Assembly: GCA_900556195.1 (NCBI GenBank)
Contig: USOJ01000001.1
Span: forward strand, 1-24,856
Origin: an uncultured Eubacteriales bacterium
GTDB lineage: Bacteria; Bacillota; Clostridia; Christensenellales; Borkfalkiaceae
Reading direction: 5' to 3'
DNA: 24,856 nucleotides
Shown: positions 16,713 through 24,856 of the stretch, in pieces
Layout: each line of letters begins with the position of its first letter
Position numbering within the stretch: the stretch's first letter is position 1
Translations under genes and position numbers: made by a program
The notes under the pieces: generated by a model
What the model was told of the DNA's origin: nothing
Seen by the model: the letters and a program-made list of their open reading frames with translations, nothing else
Databases searched by the model: none

Positions 16713-19122
16713 TGTTCGTCTTCTCCGCAGTCAGATATGCATTATATTTTTCTCTTCCGTACATTACGAGTTTTTCGAGTTCGTCGTATTCTTCCTGATT
16801 CAGGTACGCCGAATACTTCATATATTCGTTGTCTTTAAGCAGGAAGTACTCTCTGAACACACGCTCTTTATATACGTCTTTTATAGTCGAGTTGCCCGTG
16901 TCGATCTTGTAATCGGCTTTTTCGAGATAACTTTCAAGGTCTTTCAAAAGCGAACGCGTCCAACTTTCGTTGTTCATTATTCTGCTGTAATAGATATTCT
17001 GATCTTCGGTGTCGTCGATGACGTAAATTCTTTCGAAGTTTTCCATAACGGCTTCGAAGTACTGTTTTACGCTTTCCGCGCCGTCGCCGTAATAGTGGGC
17101 GATAAACTCGTCTATCAAATCCTGCGTGTCGTAAGCCGAGTTCCACGCGAGTTTCGAACGCACGTAGGCGCGCATCGAAGACATAGGCGATATGTCGTTT
17201 TGGGCGCACGCTTGCTCGAAGTAGTATTTAAGCCCGCACTTTTCGTAAAATCTCATCGAATCGCCGATATGCGACCAGTTGTTGAAGTGATATTTATACG
17301 CCTGGAAGTTAGTACCGTAAGAATACATCATAAGGTAATCGGCGATAGCCGCCCAACCCTTCATTTCTTCGGCGATCTGCGCGTTTTTTTCGCACGTTTC
17401 GACTTCGTCGCTTATGGCGTGAGTGTAGCACGCTTCGATAGGCGTGTACATAACGCCGACTCTTACTTTTCCGTCTTTCTTGGGAATAACGCTTTCGTCT
17501 ACCGCTACGATTTTACCGTTTACTTCTTTTACGGGCGGCTGACGATAGGAATAATACGCGAACGCCACGAGATAAATCGTTTTATCCATTCCGTTGTCGT
17601 TCATGTATTTTTCGACGTTTTTGGCAACGGCGTTCATAAATCTCATCTGAACGCCCGCCGCCCCGCCGTACAGGGCTTCGTTCGCTTTACACTCTTCGCA
17701 GTCGCACGCGCCTATACCGTCGGTAACGCCGAGCATAAGATAAGGTCCGTTTGCGGTGTTCACGTATTTATTTATAAGCGTTGCCGAAGCGAGATCTATC
17801 GCTTCCTGCTTGGAATAGCACACCTGATTGTTGTTCCACAGTCTTACGCTCTTTACCTTTTTCTGCCACTCCGCGCCGACGTGGTAATTTCCGCACGAAT
17901 ACGCTGCGTTCCAACCCTTTTCGTAGGCGGTGTAACCCGCCACGTCGGAAAGCGGCTTGCCGTCGTCGCCGAGTACTAATTTCGGGTTGCCTTCTTCGTC
18001 GGTTTCGTAAACGTAGTTTCCGTTTTCGATTACGGGGATTTCTACGCCCTTGTCGTTTATTTGCGTCTTTCTTACGTAGTTCGGAACGTAATTGCCCTTT
18101 CTGTCGATTACGTATCCGTAAAGAGATAAAACTTCTCTGTCGATTTTATCCTGCGAACTTATCGTGGAAGCGAAAAGCGTTCCGAGGGCTTTTTCAAAGC
18201 CTTTCGTAAAGTTTTCGTAACCCTTCGTATCCGCGCTATCGCCCGCGATAAGGTCGCCGTTATCGTCTTTCGTATAACCGTAAGTTTCGGCGATAATGTC
18301 TTTCGCTTCTTCTGATTTGGCGGCGCGTTCTTCTTCCATCGCGGTTTTTTCGCGATCGGCGTCGAGAGTCTGCGAAACGATGTAAGGCGTGGTATGACAC
18401 CAGAGTCCGTTATAGAGATTGCCATACATATCGTAGCCGCCGTTTCTGGAAGCGTAAACGTACATTCTCATCGCTTCTTTTACTTTGTCTTCGCCCGAAA
18501 GTTCGCCGTCTTCAGCCGTGGTCAGACCGATTGACGGAACGTGTTTATAAGTTATGTTTTTAAGTTTTACCGATCTGAAATAGTCTACTTCGACGCAGTC
18601 GTAAGCGTACGCGTTATAACCTACCTGATAGTGTAAAAATCTGTAAACGGCGAACAGAGTTCCGTTTTCGGTCGCGCCCGCAACGTATACGCAGTTGCCT
18701 TTCGTGTTTACCGTAACGCCGTTTTCGCCGAGTTCTTCGTAATCGATTTTTATATCTTTTTCGGCGGACAAAAGTTTGTTTTCGCCTACCGAGATATATT
18801 TGCCGTTATCGCCGTGCGAAACTTCGCCGTCGGTCGCGATCGGGAGTTTCACGGCGGTGGATTTTTCCACGAAATATTGAAGTTCTTCGGCGGCGTACTT
18901 TTCGACTTTCGTCGCGTCCGCGCTTACGACTATTTTATAGTCGCTCTTTCCGTCTTTTACGAGATATTCGTCGCCGTCTTCGAAAGATATCGGTTCGTCG
19001 CCTATTTTCGTAGGTTTGACGGAAGCCGTTTCTTTATCGCTTTCGTTTCCGCCGCAACCCGTCGAGAATGCCGAGCCGAAAATCATAAGCGCGCACAGAG
19101 CAAAAATAAACAATTTTTTCAT
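16705..19122 (-). CDS. DUF4838-like lipoprotein (N-terminal GH20b/GH67N-like domain plus putative TIM barrel) with large insertion (805 aa)
   Basis: Lipobox STGC. YKIVVSADA..VEKYAAEELQYFVEKST and GTLFAVYRFL (N-domain). WCHT...QVCYS, CDCEEC, FMNAVAK, AFAYYSY..PP and YVRSKLAWN are DUF4838-type motifs. Confidence 0.7.
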   Translation of the reverse strand: MKKLFIFALCALMIFGSAFSTGCGGNESDKETASVKPTKIGDEPISFEDGDEYLVKDGKSDYKIVVSADATKVEKYAAEELQYFVEKSTAVKLPIATDGEVSHGDNGKYISVGENKLLSAEKDIKIDYEELGENGVTVNTKGNCVYVAGATENGTLFAVYRFLHYQVGYNAYAYDCVEVDYFRSVKLKNITYKHVPSIGLTTAEDGELSGEDKVKEAMRMYVYASRNGGYDMYGNLYNGLWCHTTPYIVSQTLDADREKTAMEEERAAKSEEAKDIIAETYGYTKDDNGDLIAGDSADTKGYENFTKGFEKALGTLFASTISSQDKIDREVLSLYGYVIDRKGNYVPNYVRKTQINDKGVEIPVIENGNYVYETDEEGNPKLVLGDDGKPLSDVAGYTAYEKGWNAAYSCGNYHVGAEWQKKVKSVRLWNNNQVCYSKQEAIDLASATLINKYVNTANGPYLMLGVTDGIGACDCEECKANEALYGGAAGVQMRFMNAVAKNVEKYMNDNGMDKTIYLVAFAYYSYRQPPVKEVNGKIVAVDESVIPKKDGKVRVGVMYTPIEACYTHAISDEVETCEKNAQIAEEMKGWAAIADYLMMYSYGTNFQAYKYHFNNWSHIGDSMRFYEKCGLKYYFEQACAQNDISPMSSMRAYVRSKLAWNSAYDTQDLIDEFIAHYYGDGAESVKQYFEAVMENFERIYVIDDTEDQNIYYSRIMNNESWTRSLLKDLESYLEKADYKIDTGNSTIKDVYKERVFREYFLLKDNEYMKYSAYLNQEEYDELEKLVMYGREKYNAYLTAEKTNNG

Positions 19123-19136
19123 CTTTTATTTCCCCC

Positions 19137-21134
19137 TTATTTGCAGATTACCGTAAATTCGACGACGGTATAGTTTTGGTTTTTATCGTAAGCGGAATAT
19201 CTTATTTTATATTCTCCCGCTTCGGTAAACTTATAGGTATCGCCCAAAAGTTTTTTCTGATTGTTGCCCTTTACGACGTAAACGTAACTCGTTATTTCTT
19301 CCGCCGAAGTGTCGTTATCGGTAATCTTCGCCTTCGGAAGAGTTATTTCCTGCCCGACTTTGACGGTAGCCTTGATACCCGAAACTTTAATCACGGGCGA
19401 TTCGAGGTCGCCTACGTAAATGGTCGAAATCTGCGGCTTCTGATTGCCGTAAGAATCTACGGCTACGTATTCAGCCATATATTCGCCGCTCTTGGTTATA
19501 TCGAAGGTATATCCGCCCTTGCCCTCGTAAATCGTTCCGTCGTCGCCGTACAAGGTAAGCGTAACGGTTACGTCGTTATCGAGAACGTCGAAGGCTTTGA
19601 GTTCCGGAAGGTATATCGAATGTCCGATATACGAAACGTACACTGCGCGGTAATCGTTATTCGTCAGAAATTCCGGCGCGGCGTAATCGCTTGAATCGGT
19701 GGTTATCGCGTTGGAAGCGATTTTTCTTAAAACGAATTCCGTGTCCTTTTTAACTCCGCGTACTTCGAAAGATATATAAGCCTTTCCGCTTCTGAAGCCC
19801 GCGAAAGTTCTGCCGTCGGAATAAGAGGTTATTTTTTCCGATTCTTCGCCGCTTTCGCCGTAAAACACCGATCCGGTCGCGTCGTCGTAAGAGATATAAA
19901 GGCTGTCGTAAGACGAAAGTCTTCTGATTCTTACCATTACTTTATCCGACGCGTTTTTAGCGTCCGTCATCACGAAATAAATCTGAGAATACGAAGACGT
20001 ACCCGCGGTAGTAGATATCTCGAAGTTGAGATAATCGACGGGTATCTCGCGCGAAAAAGCGAAAGACGCTTCTTCGGTTTTGCCTATTTTTACGGCGTAT
20101 TCTCTGTCAGCGGTCGTCACGGGTTTGCAGTTTACGAAATCGAAATAATTATCGAAAAGGCGCGCGCCGTCGGCTACGGTTTTATCTTTTACCGTCAGAG
20201 TAAACGCGTATTCGGTCTTTTTGCCGGCGTCTATCGGGCTTACGCACTCGTATTTTATCGTATGTTCGCCCGCGACGAGATTTTTAACCTGCATATCCGT
20301 TCTGACTTCGGTTTCGTCGAAGTAAACTTTTACGGGAAGATAATATTTTTCGCCGCCGTGATACAAAATGCCGTCGGGGAGCGGAAGTTTTATCGTTTCG
20401 CCGCTCACCGCGGAAGCGGGAATCGACGGCGTTTGCATTACGGGATTTTCGCCGTCGGTTACGGTTATCGTTCTTTTCTCCGATTTTTCGTCCGCGACGA
20501 AATCGCAAGCCGTATATACGAGTGTATAAACGCCGCTTCTGTCGGGGATGAAGTAAACTCCCCTGTTCGTTTCGGTAAACGCGATTTCGGTTTCTCCGAG
20601 CGTAAGTTCTGTTTTATAAGTCAGATCTCCCACGCCGCCCGAAAACGTACCTAAATCGACGATTACGACTTCGCCCGTTTCCGCCGCCGAGGGAACGCCC
20701 TCGCCGTCGGGGTTATAAACCATGGTGTCGGTATATTCCTCTACGGTCAGTGTTATCTTTTTCGTCGCGTGTACTATTCCGCTTACCGCGACGTATTCGA
20801 TCGTGTATTCGCCCGCTTCGTCTGTCGCAAATCTTCCGCCGCGCTGCGAAAGTATTTCGCCGTTCGGGTCTTTTACGGTAACGCGCGTTTCGGTTACCGT
20901 CGCGCCTTCGTTATCGGTCGCGACGAACGCGAACACGGGGTACGACTTGCCCGCTTTACCCTTCGGCAAATCGTTGGCGTCGTAGTCGCCGTAATCGATT
21001 TCGATCGTTATCGACGAAATACGACTTTCGGCAGCCGTTGCGTTCAGCATAGACCCTACCGCGCAGAATACGAGCGCGACGGATAAAATCGCCAGCGCGA
21101 AGGCTTTTATTATCGATATTTTTTTATTCGTCAT
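19137..21134 (-). CDS. Secreted protein with multiple Ig/cadherin-like repeats and a central non-Ig beta domain (665 aa)
   Basis: Sec-type signal peptide (ATA-AES) and strong RBS AAAGGAGG. Repeated GEYTIEY.A, GVYTLVY.A.D, GEYMAEYVAVD and GEYKIRYSAYD motifs with D..PVI linkers. Confidence 0.65.
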   Translation of the reverse strand: MTNKKISIIKAFALAILSVALVFCAVGSMLNATAAESRISSITIEIDYGDYDANDLPKGKAGKSYPVFAFVATDNEGATVTETRVTVKDPNGEILSQRGGRFATDEAGEYTIEYVAVSGIVHATKKITLTVEEYTDTMVYNPDGEGVPSAAETGEVVIVDLGTFSGGVGDLTYKTELTLGETEIAFTETNRGVYFIPDRSGVYTLVYTACDFVADEKSEKRTITVTDGENPVMQTPSIPASAVSGETIKLPLPDGILYHGGEKYYLPVKVYFDETEVRTDMQVKNLVAGEHTIKYECVSPIDAGKKTEYAFTLTVKDKTVADGARLFDNYFDFVNCKPVTTADREYAVKIGKTEEASFAFSREIPVDYLNFEISTTAGTSSYSQIYFVMTDAKNASDKVMVRIRRLSSYDSLYISYDDATGSVFYGESGEESEKITSYSDGRTFAGFRSGKAYISFEVRGVKKDTEFVLRKIASNAITTDSSDYAAPEFLTNNDYRAVYVSYIGHSIYLPELKAFDVLDNDVTVTLTLYGDDGTIYEGKGGYTFDITKSGEYMAEYVAVDSYGNQKPQISTIYVGDLESPVIKVSGIKATVKVGQEITLPKAKITDNDTSAEEITSYVYVVKGNNQKKLLGDTYKFTEAGEYKIRYSAYDKNQNYTVVEFTVICK

Positions 21135-21162
21135 TTTATTTTAATTCCTCCTTTACACGAAA

Positions 21163-22056
21163 TCAACCTTTCAAGCCGCCCATCGTTACGTTGCCCATGA
21201 TCTTGTTTTTGAAAACCACGAACAATACGAGAATAGGCAGGCAGGTAAGCAGACACGCCGCGAGTTGAATGGGCTGGCTCGCCCTGTTGTCCGTCTGGAA
21301 TACGAACAAGCCGTAAGACATCGTGGGTGATTGCGGAAGAAAGATCATCGGAGTGTAATAATCGTTCCAGAATTCTATGAATAAGAGAATGAACACCGCG
21401 AAAACCGTACTCTTGATAAGGGGCAGCATTATCTCTATAAAGATTTTAAGATGCCCTGCGCCGTCTATCTGCGCCGCCTCGGCGTACGTCCAGGAAACGC
21501 TTCTGAACGTCGCGTAGAACACGAGGAAGTAAAGCCCCGCGTATTTGCACTTCATAAGACAGATTCCGAGCAGATTGTTTCTGAAATTGAAGGTGTCCGC
21601 CATCTGCACTTCGGAAGCGAGCGAGCCGATTATCGGCAAAAGCATGACTATTACCGCCACGCCGTAAAGAAGAGGTTTCAACCTGAAATCGTACTTCGCT
21701 ATCGCGTAAGCCACCATTATCTGCGTAGCCATGCTGAACAGAGACATAAATACGGCGTACAGAAGCGAATTTACGAACATACCCATAAAGCCGACTTCTT
21801 CGCCGCCCATGCTCATGCTCGAAACTTTGAATTCTTTAAGTACCTTAGAATAGTTGTCGAACTTCCAGCCGAATTCTTTATGCGGAAATCCGAAAGGGTT
21901 CAACCATTCGAAATCGGTTGCGTCTTTAAGCGAGTTTATAAGCCCGAAAAGCAATACGTAAACCATCGACAGGCAATAAACCGCCACTATGACGTAGAGT
22001 ATTATCTGAAAAGCGTCCATTCTGCGAGAAATTCTGTTGTTTTTCTTAACTCTCAT
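21163..22056 (-). CDS. Carbohydrate ABC transporter permease (MalG-like)
   Basis: Multiple hydrophobic helices, EAAQIDGAG loop, WNDY motif and GGLKG C-terminus. The start is more likely ATG 22056 (GAGG RBS upstream) than TTG 22089. Confidence 0.9.
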   Translation of the reverse strand: MRVKKNNRISRRMDAFQIILYVIVAVYCLSMVYVLLFGLINSLKDATDFEWLNPFGFPHKEFGWKFDNYSKVLKEFKVSSMSMGGEEVGFMGMFVNSLLYAVFMSLFSMATQIMVAYAIAKYDFRLKPLLYGVAVIVMLLPIIGSLASEVQMADTFNFRNNLLGICLMKCKYAGLYFLVFYATFRSVSWTYAEAAQIDGAGHLKIFIEIMLPLIKSTVFAVFILLFIEFWNDYYTPMIFLPQSPTMSYGLFVFQTDNRASQPIQLAACLLTCLPILVLFVVFKNKIMGNVTMGGLKG

Positions 22057-22060
22057 AGTC

Positions 22061-23071
22061 TTAATCCTCGCTCGGTCCGAATTTTTCAAGTAAATACTTG
22101 GTCAAAAAGGTTATCGGAGCAACTATCGCCGTGAATATGATACCCGAAGCCGAAACTATCGGATATTCCGCTCGGAGCGCGCTCATAGGCGTATTCAGAC
22201 CGCCCGCTACTTTCTTAAAGAAATACAGCCCCAGCGTCATATACACCTGCATTCCGCTGCCCTCGCCGCCGTAGAACGAATAGAAATGTCCGTAGTTGGT
22301 GAAGAAAGCCGCTATCGCTACGATTATATAGGTAACGATCGTCGGGAATATCGACGGAAGCACCACGTGCAGGAACTCTTTCAGCGACGACATATTTTCG
22401 AGTTGCCCGTATTCGAGTACGTCTTTCGAAATGCTGCACATCGCCGACAGGTATATGATAAGCCCGCCCGCGAAGTTCATCCACGTTCCGAATATCAGAA
22501 CGGAATAGAAACTCGACGAACTGTATTGATCGAGCAGCAGCAAGTCGGGCTTTTTAAGAAGTACCGGCAAGCCCTTTTGCATAAGCACCTTGGCGCACAA
22601 TACGAACACGAGGCTCGATATTATGTTGGGCATAAACAAAATTACCTTGTAAACGTTTGCAAGCAGTACTTTTTTGAACACGACGTACGCCACCATTATC
22701 TGAAGCGGCATTCCGATAAACAATCCGACGGCAAACTGTATCGCCGAATTTTTTATAAGAATCGACATCTCGCCCGTAACGAAAAACTCGTTGAACGCCC
22801 TGGCGAAAGTCTCGAACGAAAACGAATACGTCTGCGTATCGGGGTTCCATACCTGAAATGCGAGTTTCAGCGTGTTGGCGGCAACCCCTACGTAAAAGAT
22901 AAGGAATTGCAACACGGGAAAGAGCAGAAATAAAAACAAAAACACGCCCTGTCCGAGTTTTTTATTGTAGGCTCTCGGTTTTTTGTTCTTTCCGATCCAC
23001 CCGAATAATTTTACTTTAACGTCGTAAAAAAACCACTTAACGCCGTTAAAAATCGAAGGTTTATCTCTCAT
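22061..23071 (-). CDS. Carbohydrate ABC transporter permease (MalF-like)
   Basis: Hydrophobic helices, YKVILFMPNIIS, and IIYLSAM.SIS..VLEYGQLEN...EF.HVVLPSIFPT (degenerate EAA loop). Lies between the SBP and the MalG-like gene. Confidence 0.85.
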   Translation of the reverse strand: MRDKPSIFNGVKWFFYDVKVKLFGWIGKNKKPRAYNKKLGQGVFLFLFLLFPVLQFLIFYVGVAANTLKLAFQVWNPDTQTYSFSFETFARAFNEFFVTGEMSILIKNSAIQFAVGLFIGMPLQIMVAYVVFKKVLLANVYKVILFMPNIISSLVFVLCAKVLMQKGLPVLLKKPDLLLLDQYSSSSFYSVLIFGTWMNFAGGLIIYLSAMCSISKDVLEYGQLENMSSLKEFLHVVLPSIFPTIVTYIIVAIAAFFTNYGHFYSFYGGEGSGMQVYMTLGLYFFKKVAGGLNTPMSALRAEYPIVSASGIIFTAIVAPITFLTKYLLEKFGPSED

Positions 23072-23114
23072 AGTCCGTTATTTATCGCAGACGCGCAACG
23101 CGTCCGATCGGTTT

Positions 23115-23152
23115 GGTTACCGCGGCGGGTTATATTCTTCGCCGCGGTAATC
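23115..23152 (-). other. Stem-loop immediately downstream of the solute-binding-protein gene
   Basis: Perfect 11-bp inverted repeat TTACCGCGGCG (23117-23127) / CGCCGCGGTAA (23140-23150). A second small hairpin GACGCG-CAA-CGCGTC is adjacent (~23090-23104). No U-tract. Confidence 0.6.
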
Positions 23153-23162
23153 GTCTGAATTT

Positions 23163-24856
23163 TCAGTTGGTCGCCCCTGCCTGTTTCAAAACGTTCGTTA
23201 TGGTCGTTTTCATATCAGCTACGGCGTTGTCGACCGTCTTGCCCGTATTCTTGAAGAAATAGGTAAACGGATCCATATACGTCGAATTGCCTACTTTGGC
23301 GCGGAACGCAAAGCCGTTTTCGCCTTCGTAGAATCCGATTTCGGCGTTATACAGGCGACGTTTGGTTGCAATCTGAAGGTTAGGCGCAAGTCTCGCCCCT
23401 TCGGCGATGAACTTCAATATGCTTTGCGTATACGGCGTGCAGGTTTCCGCCTCTTCGTCCGACACGGTGTAATTATAAGGTCTTATACAACCCGTGTTGG
23501 CGGTGTATTGTACGAGTTGAGATCTCTGCTGCATGAATTTGATGAAGAGTTTGGCGACTTCCGTCTGAACGGCGGGGTTTTTGTTCTTGTTTTTCGCGCT
23601 GATACAGATATAACTGTCGGCAAATTGCGCGGGAAGAACGCGTTCGGTATTGGTCTGATCTTTTATGCCGTCAACCCCGATAAATTTCGGAATGGGCATA
23701 TATTTGAAATTACGTTTGCCGTAACCGTTCACGCTCTGATTAGGTTCGCCGTTGAATACGTCGCGCGCCTCCTGTTCCCAGTAACTGTTTTCGACGAACA
23801 TCGCTATTCTCTTGCCGTAGCGTTTGCTCTGTATATACTCGCGTTGCGCGCCCGTGTGATTGTTACCGCCGCCCGGTCTCGCTTTCGACGAATAGTTTCC
23901 GCTGTTTTTGGTTATGTCGTAAAACGCTTTGATTGCGGCTTTTCTGCCTTCCTGATCGAGAAGGTCGATAAAGTTTTCTTCGTCTATCGATTCTTCGAGA
24001 CCCGTGTCGTAACCGTTGAACGAATAGTTGAGCATATAGTTATCGTAGCCCTCGTAGTTCGCCCAGATAGTGTTTACGAGACGAGAAATCTGATAAGTAG
24101 TCGGAGATTCCGCCCAGGTAAACGGATAATAGTTAGCGTCCCTGATTCTTTTCATGAGAGTAAGAAAATCATCCCAGGTTTCGGGAAGCCCGTCGTCGGA
24201 AGTACTCGCAACCCCGTCGGGTCCCACTCCGCAATTGCCCGCTTTTACGTCGGCTGCGTTCGCGCCGATAGTGCCGTCGGCTTTGAAATAAAGTTTGGCG
24301 GTATCGAACAAATCTGCGTCGTAAATTATGCCGGGAACGGACAGCATATACGGCACGGCGTAATAGCGTTCGTTCTTTTTGAATACGTCCGAATACCCTG
24401 CGATCATCGTGTCTTCGATAGACTGCGTGGCGGTGTCTTCCGATTCCGCGATATTTCCGTTATCGTCGAGATAAACGTCGGTCATAACGTCGGTAACGTC
24501 TGCTAAAAGATTCTGCTTGGTGAATTCTTCGTAATCGCCGTGGTCGAGAATATACATTATCGGCTCGTAATTCTTCATGGATTGAACGAGGTTAGCGGGG
24601 TTGAATTCGGTGCTCTTTTTCAACGCGCGGACAACTACGCCCTGCTTACCCGTTTCGAAACTCTTGTTGGCGTAATACTCCTCGAAGTCCTTTTTAAGCG
24701 CGTCGAAATACGCCGTGCCGAGACCCGCGTCGAAAACGCCTACGTCGAGATAAGTCTTCGTCGGGTCTTCTTTTTCGGTCGCGGCTTTCTTGCCGCCGCA
24801 GGCGGTAACGCCGAAAGCGGCGATTGCGGCGTCGCATCGAACATCGGCAGGGGCTT
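23163..24856 (-). CDS. Carbohydrate ABC transporter solute-binding lipoprotein (5' partial)
   Basis: The frame stays open upstream of the called TTG (24623) to the window edge: ...AAIAAFGVTAC-GGKK...LDVGVFDAGLGTAYFD..., giving lipobox VTAC. YYAVPY..S.PGIIYDADLF, PETWDDF and IAMFVENSYW are family-1 SBP motifs. Confidence 0.85.
   Translation of the reverse strand, partial: APADVRCDAAIAAFGVTACGGKKAATEKEDPTKTYLDVGVFDAGLGTAYFDALKKDFEEYYANKSFETGKQGVVVRALKKSTEFNPANLVQSMKNYEPIMYILDHGDYEEFTKQNLLADVTDVMTDVYLDDNGNIAESEDTATQSIEDTMIAGYSDVFKKNERYYAVPYMLSVPGIIYDADLFDTAKLYFKADGTIGANAADVKAGNCGVGPDGVASTSDDGLPETWDDFLTLMKRIRDANYYPFTWAESPTTYQISRLVNTIWANYEGYDNYMLNYSFNGYDTGLEESIDEENFIDLLDQEGRKAAIKAFYDITKNSGNYSSKARPGGGNNHTGAQREYIQSKRYGKRIAMFVENSYWEQEARDVFNGEPNQSVNGYGKRNFKYMPIPKFIGVDGIKDQTNTERVLPAQFADSYICISAKNKNKNPAVQTEVAKLFIKFMQQRSQLVQYTANTGCIRPYNYTVSDEEAETCTPYTQSILKFIAEGARLAPNLQIATKRRLYNAEIGFYEGENGFAFRAKVGNSTYMDPFTYFFKNTGKTVDNAVADMKTTITNVLKQAGATN

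Noticed and set aside
8112..21134. Cellulosome-type cohesin/dockerin, SLH or LPxTG anchoring
   Set aside because: No duplicated dockerin Ca-loop, SLH motif or LPxTG-plus-transmembrane tail was seen. Anchoring appears to be through lipoboxes.
11730..24506. Long plus-strand ORFs (11730-12905, 14416-15861, 16576-17979, 23424-24506 and others)
   Set aside because: They lie antisense to well-supported genes and have no recognisable motifs. They are consistent with shadow ORFs caused by codon bias.

Overview
Almost the whole window (278-24856) is one tightly packed minus-strand gene cluster that looks like a Gram-positive glycan-utilisation locus. Gene content and lipoprotein style suggest a gut Clostridia-type genome (inference). 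In transcription order it encodes: a sugar ABC solute-binding lipoprotein (5'-truncated), two permeases, a secreted Ig-repeat protein, a DUF4838-like lipoprotein with a large insertion, a small Ig lipoprotein, and three BspA/LRR_5-type lipoproteins. These are followed by three enzymes without signal peptides: an in-frame fusion of a GH28/GH110-like beta-helix to a full-length GH112 galacto-N-biose/lacto-N-biose phosphorylase, a divergent GH95-like enzyme, and a DUF6067/GH123-like protein. The cluster ends at a bidirectional terminator shared with a convergent Sel1-repeat gene that the ORF track missed. The most unusual elements are the beta-helix::GH112 fusion and two surface lipoproteins built from six ~215-aa LRR modules. 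Those modules have hypervariable loops, C-H-C-C linkers and DNA-level signs of mosaic exchange. Family assignments come from remembered motifs; no searches were run.
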